Assembly (NCBI GenBank): GCA_964580185.1
Contig: CAZOJQ010000006.1
Span: 10,240-74,239, forward strand
Direction of reading: 5' to 3'
Source of the DNA: an uncultured Thermotogaceae bacterium
Lineage (GTDB): Bacteria > Thermotogota > Thermotogae > MWEM01
DNA: 64,000 bases
Below the pieces are notes generated by a model. The model ran no database searches and was not told where the DNA came from. It saw only the letters and a list, made by a program, of their open reading frames with translations. The position numbers and the translations under genes were made by a program. Positions 1-10,035 of this stretch are shown here, piece after piece; position 1 is the stretch's first letter, and each line of letters begins with the position of its first letter.

Positions 1-358
1 AAGCCACTCGGCTCCCTTCACCCAAAAGCGTGCTTGACTGCATCCCCAATTCCAGGTTCATCCACCCTGCTTCTTCGGCGATCCGCCAATCAATCTGGCC
101 CACATACGGACCGATGGTCAATTGGGACCGATATTTTTGGAAGTTCTGCTCCGCTTCTTTTCGTTGGGTTGGTTCGAGTTGATCCAGATAGTCCTGGATC
201 ATCGAAACCTGACCGTCCAGGATAAAATGGAACTCTGGATTCTCCTTCAACCGCTCCCATAACCGATGGAAGAAGGGAATCAACAACCGTCTCGTCAATC
301 CCACCGTAGCAAACCACTCCCGATCCCAATGGGTATGGCTACATACACAAGGATTCAT
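1..358 (-). CDS. Glycoside hydrolase family 38 (alpha-mannosidase / mannosylglycerate hydrolase-like), N-terminal fragment; gene runs past the window edge
   Basis: Minus-strand ATG at 358..356 preceded by GGAGG. The translation starts MNPCVCSHTHWDREWFATVG...FHFILDGQ, which carries the GH38 N-terminal HxHxDxxW signature. The frame stays open to position 1. Confidence 0.7.
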   Translation of the reverse strand, partial: MNPCVCSHTHWDREWFATVGLTRRLLIPFFHRLWERLKENPEFHFILDGQVSMIQDYLDQLEPTQRKEAEQNFQKYRSQLTIGPYVGQIDWRIAEEAGWMNLELGMQSSTLLGEGSRVA

Positions 359-399
359 TCAATCCTACCTCCGATCGGGTCAGTTCTCATTCCAAAGCC

Positions 400-2904
400 C
401 TATGGGACCACAAACAACAAGTCGTCCATGATCTTGGGCGCGCTGGTCGATGGCCCCGTAAAGGTCCATGTTCCGCCTTGAGGTGAGATTGGCCGCAATA
501 TGGCTTCGATTCCATCGTAGTCATAGGTGGTAATATAGATGGTCCAGCCACTTAGGGTTTCCGTTTCCAAAACTTCAAGGGGAATCAGGAAGGTCACTGT
601 CTTGCTTTGTTTGTCGGCGATGACATTGGGCGTAGGCGTAACCGGAGTCCCATAGGCATTCGCTGTTGCGCCTGTGGACTCAAAAAACCCGATGCTCCAC
701 CCCGTGGCGTAGATTTGATAGTTCCAGTGAAGCCCATTGGGCATCTTTGCCTGCTGCTTGGGTAAGTGGACAACTCCTGTTTGCTTGTCCGGGTTGCTCA
801 GGAAGATCTGAAAGGTTACATGATCAAACCCATTGGCCGGAGACCAGGTATCGGTCAGATTGTCCATCTGGACTTCCATCCGCAACATCCTTCCAATTTG
901 ATAGAGAGTGGCTTTCCGAATATCCATCTGAGTGTTGAAGGTGACATCTTTGGGGTACAGATAGTCTCCGGTGGGACCGCGATCATCCCCTTGGGGGTCC
1001 TCCACTTCGATCAATCGGGTTGTGGGGATGTCAAAGACCAGCTCGTATGTTTCGGAATAGACCGCGTCAATCGGTCTCCTACCAAAACCTCTAGCAAAGA
1101 GGGTATGTCGACCTGACACAAAATCCCCTATGAATACAGGCACTTCCCAAGTTCCGTCCTCATTTGGCACCAAAGTCGCGTATGGTTGCTCATTGCCGTC
1201 GAAATGCAACCGGATTCGGGCAGTGTTATGGGAAGTCCCACGAAGCACAAAGTCGTCGGCAATCGTCATCCCGCTGACAAGACCCTCAAGATCGACATGC
1301 ATATCCAATTCCTGAACTTCTCTGGTTTGATCGGTCACCCGGAAAATGCCGACCGCCTTCCCATTAACCAACAGGTTGATACTGCCCCCCTGTTCGACGA
1401 CCAAATCCCGGTCGATCATTCCTTGGGTAAAGACGGGAGCAAGCACGGTTCCTTTGGGTAGGTTCAAAAAGACCTTTGTGGCATACTTGGACCGGATGGA
1501 TGTGTTCATCAGAATCAAGTACTGATCATGGTCATCTTGAACCGTATACGCAAACACCCCGGGTCCTGTGGGATCATCATGGACGGGAGTGACCGTTCCA
1601 TGGCGAAAGGCGTCGATCGAGCCACGAAGTGAGATGATCTTTTGGATAAAGCGATACAATTCATGATCGGTGTAATAATGATCGCTCCCCCCAGAAGCGT
1701 ATCCACCGGCAAACATAGCTCCTCGTGTCTCCGTGAACCCTTGTTCGGTTCCGTAGTAGATGGTTGGCACTCCGGGGATCGTGAAAATCAAGATCAACGC
1801 CTGTTTCAGATCCGCCATCGTTGCCCCTTTCAAAAAACGGTCCATATCATGGTTGTCGATAAAGGTAACCAAGGTCTTGTTTTCAAACCAAATCCCCCGT
1901 TGATTCAACCGGTAGGTTAAGTACTCAGTAGGCCTGCCCTCCTTGAAAACCCGTTTGATATCCGTCAATAACGGAAAATCCAGCATAGCATTGTATCCCA
2001 AATCAAAATACCCTTGAATCAACTGTTCGCCGCTGTTGTCAAAGGGCGGTGGGGTAACCCATGCCTCTCCAAATGCTAGGAAATCTACGGTTCCCTTTGT
2101 TTGGGCTCTTTCGTAAACACCCCCCGGTCCTTCCAGAAACTCTGGCCAGAAGGGGTCTTCCACATAGATCGTTGTGTCGATCCGGAATGCGTCTACGCCC
2201 AAATCGATCCAAAATCCGTAGGAATCTTTCAGCGCATCGATCACGATCGGATTGCTGGTGTTCAGATCATCCAGGTCCGCAAAGGGTGTATTGTATTGGG
2301 TCGGTTCTTTGATCTCCCCTTCCCAATGATAGATCTCGTATGCCCTTTGTTGGGGATCGTTGAAATCCGTCTGGTCAAAAGGAAACTGAGTGGGCCTGTT
2401 GGTTGGGACACTTTGATCGTTCAGCCGATAGATCCCTGTGTTTGGATCATAGAGATGAAAGTTGCCCGTATGGTTGGTGACAATATCCTGTACCACCTTG
2501 ATTCCCCGTGCATGGGCCTGTTCGATAAACGATCGATACAGCTCCACGTTCCCGAAGTGCTCGTCGATCTCCTTGAAATTCCGCGCCCAATAGCCGTGGT
2601 AGCCACCGTATTGGACCGTTCCATCCCACCATTGATTGGCTACGGGAGGCGTTACCCAAATAGCCGTTACGCCTAAGGTCTGAATATAGTCGAGTTGTTC
2701 GATCAAGCCAGCAATATCTCCTCCATTGTATTTCGCGTTCACCGGCCCGGACTCGATCCCATCGGGAGCCAGCACATCGTTCGTCCAATCTCCATTGGCA
2801 AACCGGTCAATCATGATGAAATAAATCACTTCATCCTTCCACAAATTGGCAAAAAGACCCACACTCAAGCCAATCATCAACAGAATGATCCCGATTTTCT
2901 TCAC
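400..2904 (-). CDS. Secreted GH13 alpha-amylase family enzyme with extra C-terminal beta-sandwich domains (about 834 aa)
   Basis: ORF 400..2913. A GTG at 2904 is preferred because it gives the signal peptide MKKIGIILLMIGLSVGLFA and AAGGGG lies 8 nt upstream; 2913 (also GTG) remains possible. GH13 regions I-IV are present: DRFANGD, GVTAIWVTP, GYHGYW, GIKVVQDIVTNHTG, FRIDT. Confidence 0.8.
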   Translation of the reverse strand: MKKIGIILLMIGLSVGLFANLWKDEVIYFIMIDRFANGDWTNDVLAPDGIESGPVNAKYNGGDIAGLIEQLDYIQTLGVTAIWVTPPVANQWWDGTVQYGGYHGYWARNFKEIDEHFGNVELYRSFIEQAHARGIKVVQDIVTNHTGNFHLYDPNTGIYRLNDQSVPTNRPTQFPFDQTDFNDPQQRAYEIYHWEGEIKEPTQYNTPFADLDDLNTSNPIVIDALKDSYGFWIDLGVDAFRIDTTIYVEDPFWPEFLEGPGGVYERAQTKGTVDFLAFGEAWVTPPPFDNSGEQLIQGYFDLGYNAMLDFPLLTDIKRVFKEGRPTEYLTYRLNQRGIWFENKTLVTFIDNHDMDRFLKGATMADLKQALILIFTIPGVPTIYYGTEQGFTETRGAMFAGGYASGGSDHYYTDHELYRFIQKIISLRGSIDAFRHGTVTPVHDDPTGPGVFAYTVQDDHDQYLILMNTSIRSKYATKVFLNLPKGTVLAPVFTQGMIDRDLVVEQGGSINLLVNGKAVGIFRVTDQTREVQELDMHVDLEGLVSGMTIADDFVLRGTSHNTARIRLHFDGNEQPYATLVPNEDGTWEVPVFIGDFVSGRHTLFARGFGRRPIDAVYSETYELVFDIPTTRLIEVEDPQGDDRGPTGDYLYPKDVTFNTQMDIRKATLYQIGRMLRMEVQMDNLTDTWSPANGFDHVTFQIFLSNPDKQTGVVHLPKQQAKMPNGLHWNYQIYATGWSIGFFESTGATANAYGTPVTPTPNVIADKQSKTVTFLIPLEVLETETLSGWTIYITTYDYDGIEAILRPISPQGGTWTFTGPSTSAPKIMDDLLFVVP

Positions 2905-2983
2905 TTGCCTCACCCCTTATTGAAATTCGTAGCTCGATTTCGCCCCAGATTCCAATCGCGAAGACCGAACTCAGATATGATGA

Positions 2984-3610
2984 TCAAAGGATCGATTCGG
3001 TTAAATGACTGTGGTCTGCATACAACTCGATGACCGGCCGCTTTTGGTCAAACCTGATGATGCTCAAGGCGGTATGGTGCATGTATGGTGGATCCCATAG
3101 AAGGTCTAATGGGCGATTCTCAAAATAGCTCATGATCAATTTCTTAGTCGCGGCGTGGGTGACCAGGAGAACCGATTGTCCATGAATTGATTGGATTACA
3201 TGCTCCAATGCAGGCAGAATCCGGCTTTGCGCCTGAGTAAACGTTTCCCCGTCTCCAACCGGCTGGTACGTGGAGGGACAGTTCCAAAACCGTTCATGCG
3301 CATCGGCATACTGTTCTTGGATTTCCGAGTAATACATTCCTTCCCACCCACCAAGCCGGATCTCTCGAAATGCCTCCATGGGTTCCAGAGGAATGGCACG
3401 ATGATCCATCAGAATGCGTGCTGTCTGCATCGTTCGACCGCTTGGGCTGGCAATGACCTGATGGAAGTCAACGGATCTGAGTTTCTCAGACAATTGTTTG
3501 GCCTGAGCAATTCCTTCTTCGGTCAAGGGAGAATCCTTCCACCCTTGCATTCGTTTTTCTACATTCCACTGGGTTTGCCCATGGCGGACGATGTACAATC
3601 GATGGATCAT
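2984..3610 (-). CDS. Histidine phosphatase family protein (phosphoglycerate mutase-like)
   Basis: LYIVRHGQTQWN catalytic RHG motif. The internal ATG at 3610 overlaps the upstream TGA in an ATGA arrangement; the 5' extension of the longer ORF has no support. Confidence 0.75.
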   Translation of the reverse strand: MIHRLYIVRHGQTQWNVEKRMQGWKDSPLTEEGIAQAKQLSEKLRSVDFHQVIASPSGRTMQTARILMDHRAIPLEPMEAFREIRLGGWEGMYYSEIQEQYADAHERFWNCPSTYQPVGDGETFTQAQSRILPALEHVIQSIHGQSVLLVTHAATKKLIMSYFENRPLDLLWDPPYMHHTALSIIRFDQKRPVIELYADHSHLTESIL

Positions 3611-4296
3611 AATCCGTTCTGTTCTTTGGGCTCGCCCAAAGTAAACCGATAGACCTCGGTAGACTCCGCGGTCCATGTTACATCGTCAAAGAGCGCCTGA
3701 GCCGTAAAGATCAAGTGGCAGAGGACAATCCCCAATTCGATGGGTTTTGAAGATCGCACTGATAAGGCATGGACGTTATGTACAGAAAACCGCCACGGTT
3801 GCTTGTTCATAGCGGAAGGCGAGTTCCGTCCGGCTTCCAGAACAGGAATCAAGGAAGGGGGGATTGGATCTACGCTGCCGGTCAAATGCTCCATTGGCCT
3901 TTTTGCCCCTCCTTTTGTAAAGAGATTGAGCACTTTGCTCATCAACCCTTCTTCTTTCGGATATCCGCACACAATATGCGCAGGCATCCCCGGTTTGGGG
4001 GCGCCACCAACCCAAAGGGTACCCAACCCAAGATGGGTAAGCCCCAGCACAATTTGCTCTCCCTGAAATCCCAATTCGATACGGTCATGGATCTCTTTTT
4101 CATGGATAATTGCTCCAATCCGGCAACTCCCTTGACGGGAACGCGGCAGGATCTGCCATTCTTTCTTCTGCCCATCCACCAATGGAATCACGGATTCGAT
4201 AACCCCCTCGACCTTCTCTCGGTCCAGATCCGTTAATTCTCGCTCTTCATATGCGCGGACGGATCGTCTTCGCTGGATTGTTTCTAAGATTTGCAC
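3607..4296 (-). CDS. Nitroreductase family protein
   Basis: ETIQRRRSVRAY and SAMNKQPWRF motifs. GTG at 4296 follows GAGGAGGGG plus a 6-nt spacer; the track ATG at 4338 lacks an SD. Confidence 0.7.
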   Translation of the reverse strand: MQILETIQRRRSVRAYEERELTDLDREKVEGVIESVIPLVDGQKKEWQILPRSRQGSCRIGAIIHEKEIHDRIELGFQGEQIVLGLTHLGLGTLWVGGAPKPGMPAHIVCGYPKEEGLMSKVLNLFTKGGAKRPMEHLTGSVDPIPPSLIPVLEAGRNSPSAMNKQPWRFSVHNVHALSVRSSKPIELGIVLCHLIFTAQALFDDVTWTAESTEVYRFTLGEPKEQNGL

Positions 4297-4390
4297 AAAA
4301 ATCCCCTCCTCGGAAAAAATAAGCAACCGCCGAATCATCCAGGATTGGATGATTCGACAAATCTATGCAATTATAGCATATCAACGGGGG

Positions 4391-5587
4391 TTATTCGTAT
4401 CGCAGCGCCTCGATGGGGCTCATCTTGGAGGCTTTATTGGCAGGATACAACCCTGATATCAAACCAATCAGGGTAGATACTCCAAATGCAATCAGGGTTA
4501 TGGTCAGACTCATTGATATCTTCATATTAAGCTGGTTCTGGAGAAAAGAAGTGCCAGAAGTCAAGATCCAGGCACAGGTAACACCCAAGACACCAGCAAA
4601 AAAGGTGATCATGATGCTTTCAACCAAGAATTCCAACAAAATCCGGATCCTCGGAGCACCCAGAGCCATTTTGATTCCAATCTCTCGGGTTCGCTCTGTT
4701 ACAGAAACCAACATGATGTTCATGATCCCGATACCCCCAACGATTAGGGAAATCCCCGCAATAGCCAAAAGAACCAAATTGAGAAGATTGACCGTGTTTC
4801 CCAGCGCATCGACTATCTGTTGTTGGTTGCTAACCCGAAAAGACGTCGTGTTGCCAAAACGCAAAGATAAAAGATACTCGATCTCGCGCATGGCTTTTCC
4901 GATCACCTCGTCGGATTGAGCCACCGCGATGATGGATGTTACGGCTCCTCGACGCTGAAAAAGCCTCTGTTCAGCAGTGAGAAAGGGAAGATAAAGGGCA
5001 TCGGAAGGATTGGAGAATCCGGCGCTGGCTCCTGCATCCATAATCCCCACGATTATACAGTCGTTTCTTTTGTAATACGTGCCATCTGTCAGAATGATAC
5101 TGATTCTCTGGCCAAGTGGATCCTGGTTTTGATACAGGTCTTCGGCCAGATTCCGTCCGATCACAGCGACCATTTCCCCTTTCGTTTGCTCATCTTCGGA
5201 GAAGTCCCGGCCATGGATAATGGAATACGCATAGACCTCGAAGTAACCGGGTTGGGTTCCGATCACCGTTTTCGACTGAGAATCTCCTCCCGAGGACACA
5301 GGAAAACTCCCTTGAAGAATACTGATGGCGGTTTCCACACTCGGACACATTTGAATCATATTCTCAGCGTCTGAACTATAAAGGCGAACTCTTTGGTTTC
5401 GGGGGTTAATGGTGATATTGCGCGCTCCAAGGGATCCAAAGTTTTCTGCTACGGCCTGTTTGGTTCCCTCCCCGATTGATGCGATCGTAACAACTGACAA
5501 GATCCCGATCACGATCCCCAGCATAGAAAGCATGGTGCGTAGTTTGTTATGCGCCAAAGATTTCAAGGCTTCAGTGATGATTTCCAT
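4391..5587 (-). CDS. ABC transporter permease, MacB/FtsX family
   Basis: N-terminal TM (LRTMLSMLGIVIGILSVV), a large periplasmic domain and a C-terminal FtsX-type 3-TM bundle. ATG at 5587 follows GAGGAG plus 7 nt. Confidence 0.8.
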   Translation of the reverse strand: MEIITEALKSLAHNKLRTMLSMLGIVIGILSVVTIASIGEGTKQAVAENFGSLGARNITINPRNQRVRLYSSDAENMIQMCPSVETAISILQGSFPVSSGGDSQSKTVIGTQPGYFEVYAYSIIHGRDFSEDEQTKGEMVAVIGRNLAEDLYQNQDPLGQRISIILTDGTYYKRNDCIIVGIMDAGASAGFSNPSDALYLPFLTAEQRLFQRRGAVTSIIAVAQSDEVIGKAMREIEYLLSLRFGNTTSFRVSNQQQIVDALGNTVNLLNLVLLAIAGISLIVGGIGIMNIMLVSVTERTREIGIKMALGAPRIRILLEFLVESIMITFFAGVLGVTCAWILTSGTSFLQNQLNMKISMSLTITLIAFGVSTLIGLISGLYPANKASKMSPIEALRYE

Positions 5588-6272
5588 CTCTTCGCTCCTC
5601 GGATTCAATTGCTCCATCCCGAATATAAAGGACACGGGTGGCAATACGGATCAACTCCAAATCGTGCGTTACAACCAGAATCGTTTTCCCCATCTTGTTC
5701 AAATGGAGAAAGAGGTGGATGATCTCTTCACCGCTGCTTGTATCCAGATTTCCGGTGGGTTCATCCGCCAGAAGAAACAAAGGATCGTTCGCTAATGCCC
5801 GAGCAATGGCCACACGCTGCTGCTGACCACCCGAGAGTTCATTGGGACGATGTTTGGCCCGATCAGAAAGATTGACCAAATCCAAAAGCTCCATCGCTCG
5901 GTTCCGTCTCCACCGTTTGTGTTTCCCCGCATAGAGCATCGGAACTTCCACGTTCTCAACCGCAGTGAATTTGGGCAATAGGTTAAACCGCTGAAACACG
6001 AACCCGATTTTGGAGTTTCGGATTTGCGCCAGTCTACGTGTAGGTAGGTGAGAGATTGTTTTTCCCTCGATCTGGATCGTTCCTTGGGTTGCGCGATCCA
6101 GACCGCCCAAAAGGTGGAGCAATGTTGACTTTCCGCTCCCTGAGGGTCCAACGATAAGAATCAGTTCTCCTTGCAATATCGTGAAACTCATGCTTTTCAA
6201 CGCATCCACTCGTACCGGACCCATCTGATAGGTTTTCCATACTTGATCAAAACATAAAACTGACGCGCTCAT
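5571..6272 (-). CDS. ABC transporter ATP-binding protein (MacB/LolD-type ATPase)
   Basis: Walker A GPSGSGKST, signature LSGGQQQRVAIARAL, Walker B LLADEPTGNLD. ATGA overlap with the adaptor gene. Confidence 0.9.
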   Translation of the reverse strand: MSASVLCFDQVWKTYQMGPVRVDALKSMSFTILQGELILIVGPSGSGKSTLLHLLGGLDRATQGTIQIEGKTISHLPTRRLAQIRNSKIGFVFQRFNLLPKFTAVENVEVPMLYAGKHKRWRRNRAMELLDLVNLSDRAKHRPNELSGGQQQRVAIARALANDPLFLLADEPTGNLDTSSGEEIIHLFLHLNKMGKTILVVTHDLELIRIATRVLYIRDGAIESEERRDGNHH

Positions 6273-7663
6273 GGAACCCTTCCAGTTGTTATGGAATCGG
6301 ATTGACGAATGATCAAAACATCTCCGGGTTTCACCCCATCCACAATCTCGACCAAACGCTCGGATTGTCCACCCACTTGAACGTACACTTTTCGCTCCAT
6401 ATCCATCTCTTTTTTTATCACAAAGTTGCCCTGTCCATCTTGTCCCAAAGCTTGAACGGGAACTGTATACCCCTGCGCGAACGACTGGACAATTAAGTCC
6501 ACATCACAAGTTACCCCCGCGATGATGCCATGATCCCATGGATTTTCCTGCAAAGAGATAGTGATCGGGACAACCACGACACCACTGATCGTTCGAGCGA
6601 TCGGACTGATGCTTCGAACGGAACCGGCAATTCGAGTGTTGTAGTTTTGAAAGGTTACGATTGCAGGCATTCCTTTATACACCCGGTTGAAGTCCATCTC
6701 ATCCACAGCCGCGGAAATAGACATGTTCCCGAGATCCACTAATGCGATCATTTGCGTTCCCTCCGATATTCGTTCGCCCTCCGCCCTCAACACAGAGCTT
6801 ACGATCCCGTCAGCTGGCGAGAAAACCACCACATTACGCAGATCCTCTTCCGCTTTGTCCAGCTGCATCTTGATCAATTCTCGATCTCGAGGGCTCCGAT
6901 CAGAAGAGAGTTCGTATTCAGTCAATTTGCTCAGATATGAGATACGGAATGGCAAATCATTCAATACAGCGACAGTGGCATCCTTTGTGATATAATCCCC
7001 TTCTTGCACAGAAAGAGACAGAATATCCGAAGAGACTTTGGCATGCACACGAAGTGTCTCTGCCTCCAAGGTACCCAGCAAACGGATGGTTTCATCTTCT
7101 GGTTCATTCAGAACCGTATAGGTCAGATAGATGGGGTCGGTTGTCCGCTGCGCTGCTTGAGGATTGATGAATGAGAATACATCCCCGAGCGCTGCGGTGG
7201 GGTTTCTCGCTTGGATACCGGTCGTCCCTCTCGCAGCTTGTGCCGTAGAAGCACCAGAAGGCATTTGAAATTCCGATGTTGGAAGGGAACCGCCCGAATC
7301 GCGGAACTGAGAAATCCGTTCAGCGATCGCCGAGGAATCTCCTTGCAGAAATTGGGCCATCATCTCCTGAGGAATCTCGACACCTTCGCCGGTTTGGAAT
7401 CGCTCCAAAAGGCGCGCCATATCATTTTCTTCCTGGCTTTGAGATTGAGTAGGTCCGGGAGAACCCCCATTCCAGACACCCAAACGATCAAGGATCAAAA
7501 CCGTTGACAGAACACCCAACCAACCAATTAAGATATAGAGTACCAGGGGTATGCGTTGAATCCTTGTTTTCCTTCCCCCGGTTTTTTTTTCGGCAGAGTG
7601 GGTTCCAGTTTTTGCATCCCTTTTTTCTTCGGGATTCGAAGGGTTCTGTTTCTCAGTATTCAT
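6269..7663 (-). CDS. Efflux periplasmic adaptor subunit (HlyD/MacA family) with a long disordered N-terminal region
   Basis: N-terminal TM, a roughly 130-aa low-complexity segment, then coiled-coil and beta-barrel regions typical of membrane-fusion proteins. AGGTGGTG SD before ATG 7663. Confidence 0.7.
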   Translation of the reverse strand: MNTEKQNPSNPEEKRDAKTGTHSAEKKTGGRKTRIQRIPLVLYILIGWLGVLSTVLILDRLGVWNGGSPGPTQSQSQEENDMARLLERFQTGEGVEIPQEMMAQFLQGDSSAIAERISQFRDSGGSLPTSEFQMPSGASTAQAARGTTGIQARNPTAALGDVFSFINPQAAQRTTDPIYLTYTVLNEPEDETIRLLGTLEAETLRVHAKVSSDILSLSVQEGDYITKDATVAVLNDLPFRISYLSKLTEYELSSDRSPRDRELIKMQLDKAEEDLRNVVVFSPADGIVSSVLRAEGERISEGTQMIALVDLGNMSISAAVDEMDFNRVYKGMPAIVTFQNYNTRIAGSVRSISPIARTISGVVVVPITISLQENPWDHGIIAGVTCDVDLIVQSFAQGYTVPVQALGQDGQGNFVIKKEMDMERKVYVQVGGQSERLVEIVDGVKPGDVLIIRQSDSITTGRVP

Positions 7664-7667
7664 GATT

Positions 7668-8984
7668 TCACCACCTATAGTCTTGATGAAAAAGGAAAAT
7701 CAGAATCTCGATATCGGAATCCGTTCCATGGTAGGGGAAAAGATCCAATTGCTCCAACAGCAGTGTTCTTCGTACTTGATCCAATTCCAATAGAAACGAT
7801 TGGAAGTCCAATTGGGCTGTCTCCCATTCCCAACGATTGATTAAACCTTGGTTCCATAATTCTTTGGATTTCTCAAAGTCCCGCTGCTTGATGGGAAGAT
7901 CATACTCCATGATCTGCATATCAATCAAGGTTCTCTGTATATCGGATTGCTCTTTGGCATACCCATTTTGCACGCGAATCTGTTGTTCTTTCAACCGCAA
8001 AGCCTGAGTGGATGTACTCCGGTTATAGGCTTCCAAGTTCCGATCGGGGTTGTACAGATCCACGCTCGCTTCGACCTGAAGGCTCCAGGCAAAACTGTCA
8101 AAAGGTTTGATTTGAAGGGTAACCCCGAGATTGGGAATAAGAGGGTAGTACCAAGTGTTTTGCCGAAATTGTTCGGCTTCAACCCGAAGATTTTGAGCCA
8201 CAATATCCAACCGGCCATCGAGCAGCGCTACAACAGGCATATCCTCGACCATTTTCCCAACCAATTCTTCGGCTTCTCTCGCGAGGAGGGGTGGATTATC
8301 CATCCATGGAAGGGCCGTGATTTGCTGTTCATATGAAAGCACCGTCTTCTTCTGATTCAACACCCTTCGTTCATGTTCCAAGCGTTTTGCCCAATCCGGT
8401 TCTGTATCTCGTTGTTGTTCATATAAAGTAAGCTTCTGTTGTGCGATAAACAACATTCGTTCCAGATAATCTCTTTGAAAAACTTGGCGTACCGTTTCTT
8501 GAAAAACCTGAAAGCGCGCTTGAGTCAAGGAGAAAATTGCATCAAAATACCCCGCAAGCGCTTCTTTCTCATCTGCGGGGTAATCATTGAATAGGTTGCG
8601 GTTGGCAATGGTCACGCCTACTACGCCTTCTGAAATTTTCCATTGATCATCAACATCCACAGAAAAAGGAAGCTGAATGCCCATGGTAAAGCCATAGAAC
8701 TCTAAAAAACTCAGATCCACAGCAAAATCAAAAGATTGGATTCCTTCCTCTGTGATCCGTACGGGTTTTGAACGACTCAACCCCAAACTCACATTGGGGA
8801 TCAGGGGCCGGTTGTACCGATTGTATTGCTGTTCGGCGCGAAGCAGAGAAGAATACGCCTGTACCAAGGAAGAACTCGAATCAATTTGCTGTCGGTAGAA
8901 ATCCATAAACCCGGAAAAACCCAACCCAGAAAGGAAAACCAATATCACAAGGCTCAATTGACCGATTCGACTCCACTGGTTCAA
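7668..8984 (-). CDS. TolC-family outer-membrane efflux protein
   Basis: Signal peptide and two OEP-type repeats rich in coiled-coil heptads. TTG start overlaps the upstream stop as TTGA. Confidence 0.55.
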   Translation of the reverse strand: MNQWSRIGQLSLVILVFLSGLGFSGFMDFYRQQIDSSSSLVQAYSSLLRAEQQYNRYNRPLIPNVSLGLSRSKPVRITEEGIQSFDFAVDLSFLEFYGFTMGIQLPFSVDVDDQWKISEGVVGVTIANRNLFNDYPADEKEALAGYFDAIFSLTQARFQVFQETVRQVFQRDYLERMLFIAQQKLTLYEQQRDTEPDWAKRLEHERRVLNQKKTVLSYEQQITALPWMDNPPLLAREAEELVGKMVEDMPVVALLDGRLDIVAQNLRVEAEQFRQNTWYYPLIPNLGVTLQIKPFDSFAWSLQVEASVDLYNPDRNLEAYNRSTSTQALRLKEQQIRVQNGYAKEQSDIQRTLIDMQIMEYDLPIKQRDFEKSKELWNQGLINRWEWETAQLDFQSFLLELDQVRRTLLLEQLDLFPYHGTDSDIEILIFLFHQDYRW

Positions 8985-10012
8985 AGGACTCCCTCCGGCT
9001 TTTGCCCGGTCTCGATAAGGTATTGGATCAGAGAGCTTATGTATTGTCTGACCGACGTATAATATGTTCGTTCCGCTGTGCGGAGGTTCTTTCGCGCATT
9101 ATGGTAATCTCGTTCGGAAACGAGCCCCCTTTCTTGACGACTGATTGTCTCAGCATATCGTTTCTGTTCGATTTCCCAACGGGTTTTGGCAATGTTCACG
9201 GATAAATAGTGGGTTTCGAGGGTTTTCTTTCGATCGGCGTGATCCTCTAACGTAGAAATGAGCAAGCTTTGATAAGCGAGTTCCCGATCCCTGAAATTCA
9301 GCTCTTTTTCTTTCTGTTCAAAAGGGCTGGCCATGAAGGAGAGAATGGATAAATCATTTTGAGCAATCTTCATGTTCAATTCAGCGGCTTTCAGGGCGTA
9401 GCTCAACGCAAGATATTCCTCATCGGTACGGGAAAAATTCTGAGGGGCAGGAATGGCAAAGCTTAGAGAAACCGGATTCAGCTTGATAATCCGATTCAGC
9501 GCACCCACGGTTCGATCATAGTCCCATTGGGCTGTAATCCAAGATTGTTTTGCTTCTTCCATCTGGAGTTGAGCCATCTGCATGTCGGTATCGGAAATAA
9601 GCTTCCTGCTGTGAAGGGATTGATTTTCGGCCACGGATTTAACGGCTTCATTATAATTGATCTGAGCGATTTCGAGATTGATATCATAGATCAGTGTATT
9701 GGCAAGCAGATTTAGCCCGTCTATGTAGATCTGTTGCAAAGATCTTTGCTGGTTGCTGATTCGATTGATGGAATCGAGTTCAGCCCGGAGTCGTTCAGCC
9801 TCTGAGGACGCTGCAATCTTGGCTCGCTCATAGTTCATCTCGCTGATTTCAACCTGAAGTGTCCACAATGCATAATCCGGGTTCTTTTCCAGCCAGTTTT
9901 GGAAAAAGACACCCATACTTGATCCGTCTGAGGAAAAAAGCACCCCAACAAACATAAAAATCCCACCCACCAGACAAGCGATTTTTCGTTTTTTTGGAAA
10001 AAACCCTTTCAT
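8981..10012 (-). CDS. TolC-family outer-membrane efflux protein (second, shorter paralog)
   Basis: ATG at 10012 preceded by GAAGGAGG plus 7 nt gives the signal peptide MKGFFPKKRKIACLVGGIFMFVGV. The alternative ATG at 10039 overlaps the HK stop. Coiled-coil OEP repeats. Confidence 0.5.
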   Translation of the reverse strand: MKGFFPKKRKIACLVGGIFMFVGVLFSSDGSSMGVFFQNWLEKNPDYALWTLQVEISEMNYERAKIAASSEAERLRAELDSINRISNQQRSLQQIYIDGLNLLANTLIYDINLEIAQINYNEAVKSVAENQSLHSRKLISDTDMQMAQLQMEEAKQSWITAQWDYDRTVGALNRIIKLNPVSLSFAIPAPQNFSRTDEEYLALSYALKAAELNMKIAQNDLSILSFMASPFEQKEKELNFRDRELAYQSLLISTLEDHADRKKTLETHYLSVNIAKTRWEIEQKRYAETISRQERGLVSERDYHNARKNLRTAERTYYTSVRQYISSLIQYLIETGQKPEGVL

Positions 10013-10035
10013 ACCAACGCCTCCTTCTATTTGGA

